Assembly: GCA_001949185.1 (NCBI GenBank)
Contig: BDGG01000009.1
Location: forward strand, 1,229,624-1,293,623
Length of the DNA stretch: 64,000 bases
DNA from: Ramazzottius varieornatus
Taxonomy: Eukaryota > Animalia > Tardigrada
Direction of reading: 5' to 3'
This document shows, piece by piece, positions 23,401-34,939 of the stretch. Under the pieces are notes generated by a model. That model saw only the letters and a list, made by a program, of their open reading frames with translations, was not told the origin of the DNA and did not search any database. The position numbers and the translations under genes were made by a program. Each line of letters begins with the position of its first letter. Positions within the stretch are counted from its first letter, which is position 1.

Positions 23401-26400
23401 TCAAAGTTTGAGGCAAGACTTGAAAATTTTGTCCCACAGGGTTTGGTATACCGGGTGGACACCTTGTGAAGACTGGACTGCTTCGCGGAATAGCTTCCTG
23501 GTTTCATCTACCTCGGTGTCCGAATAGAAGCTGAAGCCTAGCAGAGTAAAGAGGCTTCCAAGCACTGGGTCGGCCGGCCCTATTATTCTCCGCTGCACCA
23601 GAAACGGGAAAAGTGCGGTCAAGGAGGTTGCCGACGCCGCGCAGAAGAGACATGTCAGGCTCCAGATACCCAGTTCGATGGGAGAACGGTTGGCGAAGTT
23701 GCAGAAGGAAAGAGCGATCCATTCTTCAATTATGGCATCCAAACTACGTCTTTTCAAAAGATCGAAAACCTGAGAAACAAACAAATGGAACGTGGGTAAT
23801 TGAATTCAGCATGATTGCTACCCCAAGTGGCACACATTTTGCTGGTTGCAGGCTGGAAGTGTGCGCCACTTCATACATCAATCTTGTTGAGTTTGTTTGC
23901 CAAGATGGCATACATTTCCATTGTTATTAGCTGAATGTATGCGCCACTTGGAAACAGTATCTGGTTAAATCCACGTGCCAGGTAGTGTTGATACACTAAC
24001 TTCTGCCCACAGAAAGGAGAAAAGGACTCACCTTCATGACCAAACAAGCTGTGGCTGGAGCACTGTCTTTCGGGCAAGACTGGAACTCTGCCATGACTCG
24101 GTTCGTTGCTTCGTTCAGCGGCATTTTATCCGTCAACAGGTTCAAGTACAGCTTTCCCAAAATTTCAGTTTCTACGTGGTAAGACTTTTGTCGTCGCTGT
24201 TGAATGACTGCCATTTTCTCCATAGCCAAAATGAACTGCAAAAATAAAAAAATTTATCGCTATCGACCAGGATGTATATATCACAGATAAACTACCAAAG
24301 CCGAAGTCTTAGAACGTACCAGTGGATCGCTGTAATCATCAACCACAGAAGGACTGCTGGTGCCGCTCAGAACGTTCCGGTCAAGCTGGACTTTCGACAC
24401 TGTAGAATAAACAGAGATATGAGTCAGTTTTTATAGTTTGATGTTTCGATCCTTTCACAACTGCTTACCTGGACGTTCCATGCAGAATGTCAGGAAAGGA
24501 ACTATCAGGAGCGATCGCGGCGGATTCAAGCCAATTCTGAAAAACAATAGACAGATAAAGTGGGCAGGAATTAGCAAAACAGTCTTGACATACGAATCCA
24601 GTCCAGCTTTGACGAGTTGTTCTCTAAAGACTCCATCGTCTGCCCGTTCTTCCGCCACATGGGCGCGAACGTCGGACGTGAGGCTCTGTAAGGTCGACGA
24701 CGACAGCGTGGACGCGTATCTCAACTGACTCAAGAGAACCTCCACGTATGGATTCATTGTCTGTTTCCCACTAGGCTCAAAAAGCTTGATTTCGGCGACC
24801 AGTATGGACAAGAGGATAGCCAGAGCGTCTCCGGACTGCGTTCGACTCCTGAGGAAACTAGCAAAATCAGTTCTCCGAAACTGAGTTTCTCACATGGTAC
24901 TTGGGCAAAGAAAAGTAAGAAACTCGACAACATCATTTTTCCGAGTGGCGCATACTTCTGGCACCAACAGTGAAAAAGTGCGCCACTTGAGAAAACGATC
25001 TGGTCGAGTTTGTTTGTCGAACTTTTCAAACATACTGGTATTCCAGTTCGTACAAAGAAGCCGACAGACTTTGTAGCCACTGAGAGAGTTTGTGATCTTC
25101 CGTTAACGATGGTTGCTGCAGCAAACGGAGGACGACTCGACCACAGGAAATCCGATTCATCAACGAATTTCCGGACCGAGCTTCGACAGCCTTCTTTAGT
25201 AAACTCAAAGAATCCTTATCCTAAATCATGTACATTTGAGCCAATCTGTGTAACGAACACTGCAACATTCGGAAGAAATCATACGAACCTCATCTAAAGC
25301 GGATAAGACTCTTCCCAAAGCGTCTAGCAGATGCCCGTAGAACAAGCTGTCTTCTACACCCTTAATCCGTAGCACTTGCTTCACGAACAGAAGCATCCAT
25401 CGGAAGTTCTTCTCCTCGTAGAAAATGGTCGACAGATGAAGGACCTAAGCACGACATAATGGTCAGTAACTTTATTGGTAAGTCCTTGCAGAGTTAATTA
25501 ATAGGGAAGCCGTTACAGATTTGACGACTTCGTCCAGAATGTACGGTGACAGTTTCTTCAGTTTCTCATCCGATGTCCAGTGACTATACAAGTCCATGAC
25601 AAATTTTAGGCAGCTCCTCAAATCGATCTGTTCATTGGGCAACCCAGGTTGCGGCGAGCCCTTCATCACCCAACGATGGTAGGCTTGGCCAGACAGGTCC
25701 GTTACTTTATGCTGAGAGTTCTCCGTTCGTCGAGAATACTGACCGAATTGCTTTGTCCAGTTATCTTCATAAGCCACCCGAACTCTCTTTTGATCAGAAT
25801 ATAGACCTTCAGACTTATGAACGACTGGGTGACCAGGTTCAATAAGCAGGACAGACTCTAGCAGGAGCGAAGTGATGCATCGTAGAGCCAACCGCCCAGC
25901 AACGAGACGGCTGTTGACGGAGAGTTCGTGCTGCGACTCGTCGGCTTCGTTCTCTTCGTCAATGGGGACTGAACTGAGAATGCTCAAGAAGGCCATCCAG
26001 GTCTCCTCGAACTGTCTTTTACTGGCCCATCCATATCGGCAAATGCGACCGACGAACTGTTTCAGTACTTGGGGATCTTGTAGGAGCTCCACGGGTACCG
26101 GATCGGTGTACGCCACTCTACCCGGTAACCATCCTAGCTCATAGGCCAACGGTGGTATCCGCACTATTTCAGTAACGCTTGGGAACTTCGTCAGACCTGA
26201 AAGCCAAAAAAAAGCACTTTAGCACTTCACGCCGTACATGGAACGTCGGCAAATGCATTGAACCAGGTCGCATATCTCAAGTGCCGCACGTTGCCAGTTT
26301 TATTGGCAGAGGAAGTGCGCCACGTGGGGGAAACATTCTTGTACCGTTCAGTCGTTCTACCAAGTGGCGCACGTTTTCAAAGTTATTGGCTGCGAGCGTG

Positions 26401-29400
26401 CGTCACTTGGGAAAACGATCTTGGGGTGTTCATTTACAAACGTCCCTAGTTAGGAGAGAGACCACGAAAGCAGATTCAGCGTACTCGTAAAGATGGCGTG
26501 TTCCAACTCGCTGAACGTGACTGACGAGACAGGATCGTCCATTCGTTTCGCCAGTTCCATCACCTGTCTGGCGAACACTGAAACCTCCGACAGAGCCTCC
26601 ACTTCCTCGGCCGAGTCTGCAGCTTTCGAGACTTTTTCAGTCGAGGGACTTCTCGAAGTCACTAAAGTGGAGAACTTGCTGACCAATGTATGCACAATTT
26701 CCGTGCTCGAGCGTGCGCATGTGACAAAGTTATGGTTCTCCAGGAACATGGCAAGGCACTGTAGAGTCCGACGACGGACCAGTGAAGTTTGTTTATTCTC
26801 CTCTAGCAACTATAGGAAAAAACCCGAACGATCAATCAACTGAACAAAAATAGAGGCAGCTGAGACTTACCTGGACGCCGGCCAGAATCAATCTGTAACA
26901 GTCTTCAGCCACCTCTCCAGAAACTTCACTTGGCGACCCGTTTGTCCGTCCAGCCAGTTCAACAAAGGCCGCGGCCAACATCAGCCACTCGCCCACATCT
27001 ACTTCACGCTCCGTTGAGTTATTGGGCCAAACTTCCTTCAAACGTTGAAGGAAGACCATTCTGGCTGCCTGGAACAGTGGCGAAAACTTGCCGGTAGCAG
27101 CCAACATGACTTTTCTTGCGCCACCTCTGTAGCGAAAGCAGTCTTTGAGGAAGCACAGGGAAAACCCCTGGTCGGTCAGGATGGTCAGGATAGTCTCTTC
27201 TTCTAGATCAGCCAGCAACGCCACTACGCTGTGCGCAGATTCCGACGGGGACTCTAGAGCCACGTGGAAGGCCAGCGAGCGAACCCACTCGTCGTGCTGA
27301 AGCTCGGTGGCCTTCTCTTCCAGTGGTTGCAGAATATTCCGCCTGTCTTGCGGAACTTGTAAAAGACACCCGAACAAGTGCATCACCTGCTGCTTTACGG
27401 TCGAATCTTTTTCAGCCGACCAGCTACTCTTTACGTCTGAAATGTCTTTTCCGATCAACGACGAAACATCCTCATGGCTTTCAAACGCCATCTCTGACAC
27501 AACTCCAACGAATGAATTGTGGATGGAAAGTGAGCCAGGGGAAGAGAACAACGACAGGAGCCACTTCCGGTCCGCTGGTTTAATTACACCCGTTTGTCGG
27601 GCACATGTCAGGATGTTACGGAAGAAGGTAGCGTTATCCATCTGACAATACTTATGGTACAGAGCGCCCTCTAGAAGTGACACGTCGTCTTTGAAGAAGT
27701 CTTCGACAAGACGCTGTGCTTCTGTCGGATCGTCGAAAGGGACCTGCGAACTCGACTCTGTTACGTGCTTGTTTGCTGCGTTTGTCTGAATGTGTGCTTG
27801 TGCATGTGTCGACCAGTGTGGTTGCAGAAACTTCCATGTCACTTCGCATATGTGGTCCTCGATGGGGAAGTTCACGTCCGGCTGCCAGAACCTCGGTTCA
27901 AGGTCGACACCGGTGGCTGCATAACGGAAGCGAAACCATGCAATTCTACACACCTGAAATTTGGAAACAGCATTTTGTTCTATTCGTTAGCGGAATCAAT
28001 TGATTGCCAGCTCGGCAAAAAACCCGACAAGATCATTTTTCCAAATGGCGCACGCTAGCGATATTGCACGACGGGAAGCTTGCGCCACTTGGGAAAACGA
28101 CCTTGTCGAGTCCGATGATTTTGCAAGCTGACGCACGTGCTCAACGGAAAACGAACGGAAACGGAAAACGTGCGCCACTTGGGAAAACCATCATACTTCA
28201 TAAGATCATCTCTCCAAGTGGCGCATTCCATCAACTGATAAGGCTGGAAACGTGCGCCACTTGAGGAAAGCATCTTGTTGAGTTGAACTGCCGAGCTCTC
28301 AGTTATACAGTCGGAAAGCACTCTTACCGGATTGAGATGGTATTTCTCATCTTGCTCGAGTTTGTTGGTGGACTGGATGTTTCGCAGGGCTTCTTTGACG
28401 GGACCCTGGTCCACAATGTGGACGAAGTATGACAAAGTACTCAGAAGCGTGCAGTAGATGTAGTCGAGTTCTTGCTGTTTCACGTCATCGATAGTCGTAG
28501 TGTTGACGTCAAAGAGACTATCAAACACTGCAGTGGTCACCCGGACGAACTTTACCGCTGCTTCTACAGTTCCTCCAACTTCCAACTGCTCTGCCAGCGG
28601 ATGCACTTGCCGTGAATCCTCGTGGAAGAGTTTTAGCAGAGGCTCAATGGCTACGTTGGCCACAAACAGATCAATGACGCAGCACAAGATACTTAGCGCG
28701 GTCAGGTTGAGCGGAGTCATCTGCTGGATTCGCTCGAGTAGACGCGGAAAGAAATTCCGGAAGGAAGTGGACTCCATCAGCGGATTACAGCCGATCAGCC
28801 GCAGACACTCACCGAAGTCTAAAACTTCCTGCAAGCAAAAGTTATCAGTACCGCTTTGTAACTTGTAAAGTTGAAAACTACCTGGATAAAGTGGTTGTTG
28901 GAAAAGAGGTTATTGGAAAGAGCGTTGGGTGAGAGTCTTTGGAAGACAGTTTCCGCCAAATCGCTGACATGTTTCTCAAAGTGTCCGGCGCTGAGCGTGA
29001 CCTGGTGCTGAAGGAACTTCTTGACTATAGCGAAGGCTTTCAGGTCCGGCAGGCACCTCAACGCCACCGACAACAGGACTTCCAGCTGCGCTTCCTTCTC
29101 ATCCATTGCGCCTGCTGCGCCCGACGACTTGCGGTGCAAAGTGTCGTCCACCAAGAGGTTGAGGACCGGAAGTACACCCGACCTGCCAGACTGCGAACTG
29201 CCTGCCATCAGACTATCACAGTTCTGTATAATGTGCCCAAACGTCAAGACTTTCTGTTGACTGAAGACTTTGTCGTGTGAGAGATGGATGAAGAAACGGA
29301 AGATGTACGGCAGGAGACTTTCGGCTTTGGTGATTTCGCCAGCTTCGATCAGCTCCACCTGTTTGCTGACATACCTGTCAACGTCAACCAAAACAAATCA

Positions 29401-32400
29401 ATCAATCAATCTGACAACATATTTCTCATGACCAAAGCGTTGCTGCTCGACAATTAAACTCCGCAAGATTATCTGCCCAAGTGGCGCACGTTCCCGTTAG
29501 TACTGGTTGGAAACGTGCACCACTTGATAAAACCGATCTGGTCGACATTGATCGTTTTCGACACACGTTTTCAGTGTTATGGGCAGGAAATGTGCGTCAT
29601 TTGGAAAAAAATGATCTTGTCGAGTCTCAAATATTTCGTAAATTTGCGAAAATACTTGAAAAAGACATGTTCGCCGTCCAAGACGTTGTAGTTGACGTGA
29701 AGCTGAAGAAGAAGCACCAACAAATCCAGGACTTGGGCTTGTGCTGCGGGTTCGCTGGTGCATGTGTAAAGTTGCAGGGACCTGATGACCACCGACTCGA
29801 ACTGGCGGATGGTTTCCGACATGGCTGCTCGCTTGTCTTTGAAGTAACCACGGAAGAGCGCTTCCAAGGAATCACTGCGATGTGACTCTATCAGACGCTC
29901 CCAACGACCATTCCAAGCTCGATCATCCTGCCAGCTCGTACTAAGAGATGAATACATCTGCATCGAAACAAATAATTTCACAGTTAAAAATGATCGCTGT
30001 CCACAAACCTGTTGTCGAAGATGGATGTTCGCCCAACTGGAAAGCGACAAAAGTTGACGGAAGGCTTCGACGGGGAGAGTTGCTCGACGAAGGAAACCAA
30101 CAAGTCTGACTCAAACGACCAAGACGAAAACCGACCTCGAACTTCCCGAATCAAGTTAAGACAGTCCGTCTGCGCCAGGTTACAGCCAAACAAACATCTC
30201 AGAAGTTGCTCGATACAGTAAATGGTGGACTGTCCATGGAAGCCAATCGTGATCTTCAAGTAAGCCACGAGCTCGTCGATGTTAGGGGACAGCACTTCGG
30301 CGTTGGACATTTCCAGCAGCTGAGCGAAGCACACGACTGTCGATCGTACCATTACAGAGCACTTGTCGTCACTCTTTCCAAGTTCGCTCCTTTGCTTGTT
30401 CCAGCTCTTCTTGATGTTCTCGTACAGCAGTGCGTAGACGTCCGAAGTGGTCAGCGCACCCAGGTGGAACTTTGAGCGGAGCTCGAACGAACCCATTTTG
30501 GACTTCTTGTCACTGCGACGGAACGAGTCTTGCCGCCTTCGCAGCGACAAGGAAGTTCCAGGAACGGCACTGGCTAGCAAATTCACGGCGGTACGAGCGG
30601 GAGCGAATATTTCAGCAGGCTTCAAGTTATCGACGACGGCTCGTATCAAGTTGAGAACTCTGAAAAATAGCCACTTTAAAAATAACACAACTGGAAAACC
30701 AGCAAACGAAACGTACAAGTTTTCCACCCAAGTGGCGCACATCCCTAGCCAACGTAAACGATAACGTGCGCCACTTGAGGTAAGGATCTTGTGCGATTCA
30801 TCTGGAAGAGCCAACTGACTCTGTCGTCAAAACTGTGTACTAGGAAGGCATCGGAACCTCATGTTTACTTTGCAATGTGTCGAAGTAAGTTATCGGCCAC
30901 GCTGCGCAGTTGGAAGCATCCGATGTGGCTCCATGGTACGAAGCTCGCCGCCACTTCCGGCTTCGGTTTGACATAAACAGTCAAAGCCAGTCCACTGAAC
31001 AAGTTGCCCAACAGCTCCAACCCACAAGTCTGCAGCTGAACATCCGCAGCCATACTAGCCGAAGTCAGCAGTTCCAGTACCCGACTCAAGATACCCGTTA
31101 CAGGAGCCGTGTACTTCTCCATGGTCAGATCGATCTCTTCCACCACCCCAAACCAGCTTCTCGAGTACACCGTCGTCGGATAATATCTCGATAACTTACA
31201 TAGAGCCAGCAAAATTCCCATTACGGTGTCCTTCTCTTGAGCGACCACTAATTCATCGTACAGTGAGCCTACTACACTGGACAAGCTGTCTTCGATGTCG
31301 CCAAGACTTCGAGCCAACTCATTGACGCTGTACGGGAACACGAGGCCCGTACGCATGGAAGGTTGGAATGAAAATTGGAATGTATTGCATTGCTTGTCGT
31401 ACATGTCGGATAGTATGCGGTAGGTGTGCATGGACATCAACGGAGGAACCGCCATGCTGGAAGGAAGCCATGTCAGGGTCTCGGCTGCTGCCGTTCGGAG
31501 ACGGTGATCGTCAACTGACAGGTGCACCACAAGACATGAGAGAATATCTTCCTTCACGGACAACTTTCTTTGCGGAACGCGCTAAAAAACAGTTGAAGAA
31601 AAACGTATCTTCTTGAATTATGAAGGCTTCACAAAGTCGACAAGATCGGCGTTTCCAATCGACGCGCGCTTCCGGCCAGTAACATCGAGAAGGTGCGCCA
31701 CTTAAGAAAACAGAAAAACTCGACAAGATCATCTTGACCAAGCGGCGCAGGCATCCCGATTAGCAATTACAATGGACAATGCGCCACTTGGGAGATCAAC
31801 CTTATCGAGTTTATTTGCCGAGTTTTTAAAAACGACCTTATGGTTTCTTACGTTCGAAAGACCGCCAGACACGCTCTCGACGTAGACAAGATGGTTAACA
31901 GGAACCACTCGCAGGAAGCGCAGCAGCTCGATTTTCAGCAGCCAGTAGGTAACTTTGGGATCGCGTAGAATGTCCAGGACGTCACGCACGACGTCAAGAG
32001 CAAGTCTGGCCTGCGTATCACTGTACAGTAGGTTCTCGATACATTTCCGGAGCGCTTCGACGGCCAGCCGGCAAGCTTGCGGAGACTGTTCTTTCAGAAT
32101 GCGGACAGTTTTCCTGAGCACACTGGGAACGGCGGAGCTATCGAAGATGGACAACGGGTTATCCACGGAGAAAGACACCAACTGACAGGACAAAACTGCC
32201 CCGTGAGCCTTCAAAAACGGGTCGGAATGTTGGAGGAACATCAAACAGACATCAGAAATCTTCGTCCCGTCGGGTTTTGTCAAACTCAGGGGTGTTTGCA
32301 ATGTAGCTGGATTATTGTGCAAGAGTGTAGCAAGACAAGCGAGTGCCGCACTTTGAACACTAACTCGAACGTACTTCCTCATTTCGTTATCGGGTTCTAG

Positions 32401-34542
32401 CAGGAAACGCCTCACCAACAACCGAGCGAGGAATTGTGTTGGTGTGCTATCTTTGTCGAAAAGACCCCCAATCTCGACTGGCTCGTTCTCATAAGTCGAG
32501 CCTGTTTTGAAGTCTTGACCACTTTCAGGACGTTCTTCGGAGAAGACATTGTTTTCAGAAGACTCAGCCAATACTTCTTCTTCTTCCTTCTCATCACTTC
32601 TTTCCGTCATCTCCGAGCTGAAAATGTCTTCGGACATGGCGCTGGAGATGATACTGACTGTGTCGGACTGATCGACCACAGAGTCCCTGGACGAACTACC
32701 CAAGCGCATCTTGATGTTATCCACGTTACCGAAGTACTCTGCTCGCAGGCCATCTCGCTTGACCGCCTCGTCATCCACGATCAGATCACTTCCAGCTTCA
32801 CTTTCTCGATCAAACTCGAACGACTCTTCCGATCTCGATGGTGAAAGCCCTCGCGAGTCCAGCTCGCCTGCGAAAGCCAGGAGGGGAAGAAGAGGTTTGC
32901 TCCAGTCTTTGAGGAGGGTCTGTAGAGCATCCAAGGCGAAACATTGCACGTTGTGATCTGGGTGATCGCAAGAAGCCACCAGCGTCCGTAAAACCTTGAA
33001 AATCAAGATTGAATAAAATGGATATCGGCAAATAAATTCAACCTCCAGATCGCTTTCCCGAGTGACGCACGCTCCAAGCCAATAAGACGGAAAACGTGCG
33101 CCACTCGGGTAAACAACCAAGCTCGAGAAGATCGTTTTCCCAAGCGACGCACGCTTTCATCAAATCACAATAGAAGCATGCGCCACTTGAGATAACGAGC
33201 TAAGTGAAATCAGTTGCGGACGACCCGAAAGCCAGATCTACGCAAAGCCAGAAAGCGAATAGCTTCTTGGAAACTTCACAGAGGAAGGCGAGGTATCACA
33301 CAGGTGAAGCGGATCTTCCAAGAGAACTTTCCTTACTTGAACAAGGACATCCGGGGAAAGTCTGTCAATGTCTCCGGCGAAATGGTCCTGCTTTGTCGAA
33401 GCGATAGCCGCTCTTATCGCGAAAATGGTTCCACAGTGCAAGTGAGAGGACGCGTTGTCAGCGGAAGACTGGATCATGCCTAAAATCAGATAACCCAAAC
33501 TTTAGAGGTTGAATTCGTTTATCCAGCGTCTAATATTGGTACCCGATACCCATGAGGCCGCGAAGGAGCCATTCGAACAGCTCGTTCTGCTTCTTGGAAC
33601 ACAGGCAAGATTCCACGATGCAACTGGCAGCCACGCGTCGTTTCACTCCGCTTTCGGAGCTGAGGTTCGGTAGGAAGGCTCTAACCAGACGCCTGATTTC
33701 CCGTTCCGATATGAACGAACCTAGTGCACGCAGTACAGACGGCAGACCTTCCACCAGTCCTTCGTGAAGTGCATCTTCTTCTCTTTGAGCTAGGCTCATG
33801 ATGCAAGGCAACAAGTTCACCATGAAAGCCCTGCAAGCACCCAAAGAATATCGATACACGACTCTGACCATGAAAGCGATATTTTGCGCTGGTAGTTATG
33901 TAGCATAATTATGCCGAACCTGCAGCGGAATCTCTGTGGCCTGATATAGCTTGAGAAATGACTGAGTCGCTTCCACGCTGCCCCCACACTCCGTGCCTTT
34001 CCGTTCAGCTTCAATACCTTGAAGAGATCGACTAGAATGGTGACAGGGTGCGAAGCGATGTGAACCTGCAGACAATCACATCGCTATTTACAACACACCG
34101 GAAGTTGATATAGAAGACACAATCTGGAGCTAGACAAACCTGGCAAACGCGAGTTAGGGCTTCTTCAGCTGCTAAACGTGTATCTGCATCCTTGTCGTCA
34201 CAACAGCTTGCAAGGATGTTGACAGCCAGACCGATGGTTTCTGCAAAGTCTTTGTTGGTGCTCCGTCCCGAAGCACCTGAAGTCAGCGCGTCTGCGATGA
34301 GAGCACAGAGGGAAGCTTTCTCGTTCCGGTTGCTGGAATGTTTGGTGAGAGTCCGACGCCTGCAGCACATAAGATTGGGCCATTAGAATACCGTCTATAC
34401 ACCTCGGCTATGTAAAATGCGCGCACCTGATGAAGCTGGACTTCTTGAGGTGAGAGGGCGATCCAGAATCGACAGCTGTTTCCGGTACGCAGTCATGAGC
34501 TACCAACGCTTCCAGGGCTTTGCACAGTCTCTCCACCTCCAT
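23401..34542 (-). CDS. HTT: Huntingtin (HEAT-repeat scaffold), multi-exon, no polyQ/polyP
   Basis: N-terminus MEVERLCKALEAL (N17-like); CCDDKDADTRLAAEEALTRV; CRAFMVNLLPCI...REEDALHEGL; HPDHNVQCFALDALQTL; YWLLKIELL; QVLDLLVLLLQLHVNYNVLD; RIPPLAYELGW; YGWASKRQFEETWMAFL; EWIALSFCNF...WSLTCLFCAAS. Stop at 23401-23403. Confidence 0.95.
23805..23965. repeat. Intronic palindromic element, locus 9 (2 units)
   Basis: CAAGTGGCACAC-25-GTGCGCCACTT and AAGATGGCATAC-25-ATGCGCCACTTGG in the last HTT intron ~23770-24031. Confidence 0.88.
24903..25024. repeat. Intronic palindromic element, locus 10 (1 unit)
   Basis: CTCGACAACATCATTTTTCCGAGTGGCGCAT-24-GTGCGCCACTTGAGAAAACGATCTGGTCGAG in HTT intron ~24859-25035. 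Confidence 0.92.
26240..26447. repeat. Intronic palindromic element, locus 11 (2 units)
   Basis: Two cores with 25-nt spacers in HTT intron ~26197-26484. Confidence 0.9.
28010..28298. repeat. Intronic palindromic element, locus 12 (3 units)
   Basis: Three cores (spacers 26, 33, 25 nt) between outer arms GCTCGGCAAA...CTGCCGAGC in HTT intron ~27955-28327. Confidence 0.92.
29446..29626. repeat. Intronic palindromic element, locus 13 (2 units)
   Basis: CAAGTGGCGCAC-25-GTGCACCACTTG plus a decayed second unit in HTT intron ~29375-29655. Confidence 0.9.
30699..30812. repeat. Intronic palindromic element, locus 14 (1 unit)
   Basis: CCCAAGTGGCGCAC-25-GTGCGCCACTTGAG in HTT intron ~30660-30867. Confidence 0.9.
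31634..31824. repeat. Intronic palindromic element, locus 15 (2 units)
   Basis: Two cores (spacers 25 and 28 nt) in HTT intron ~31582-31851. Confidence 0.88.
33025..33222. repeat. Intronic palindromic element, locus 16 (2 units)
   Basis: GAGTGACGCAC-25-GTGCGCCACTC and AAGCGACGCAC-25-ATGCGCCACTTG in HTT intron ~32995-33336. Confidence 0.9.
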
Positions 34543-34939
34543 CGCAATCTTCGTTAGTCAAGCAAGCAAAACCAGAAACTCAGCACCTCGTCTTGCGCTC
34601 ACATATCGAATTTTCGGAAGAGTGATAAACCGCGAGAAGGAAAACTCGACAATTTGACGACAAATCACGATTGTAAAATTGCAGAATCTTAGTTTTCAAG
34701 AAGTCACTAAACTCAATCAAATCATGATGAATCAACGACTTCATAACAGCTGAATATTCATTTCTACGTCATCGTGTGGGACGCCATACACCATCTCGAG
34801 CTCGTTGTTGTGGTTTTGTTTTTGCTTTAAGATTTGAATTCTCTCTTCCCGAATTCCGACCTCCGACCTGTCATCCGACTTTTCTTGGACTTTCGGAAAT
34901 TTAGACGGTACAGTTAGACTGACTATACCGACCGTAAGG
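34543..34939. promoter_or_regulatory. Probable bidirectional promoter shared by HTT and Sec20
   Basis: Only ~400 bp separate the divergent start codons (34542 - and 34940 +); inferred from geometry only. Confidence 0.6.

Noticed and set aside
28010-28298. Repeat-spacer arrays as a CRISPR array
   Set aside because: The context is a eukaryotic intron, arrays have at most three units, spacers share a common consensus rather than being unique, and there are no cas genes.
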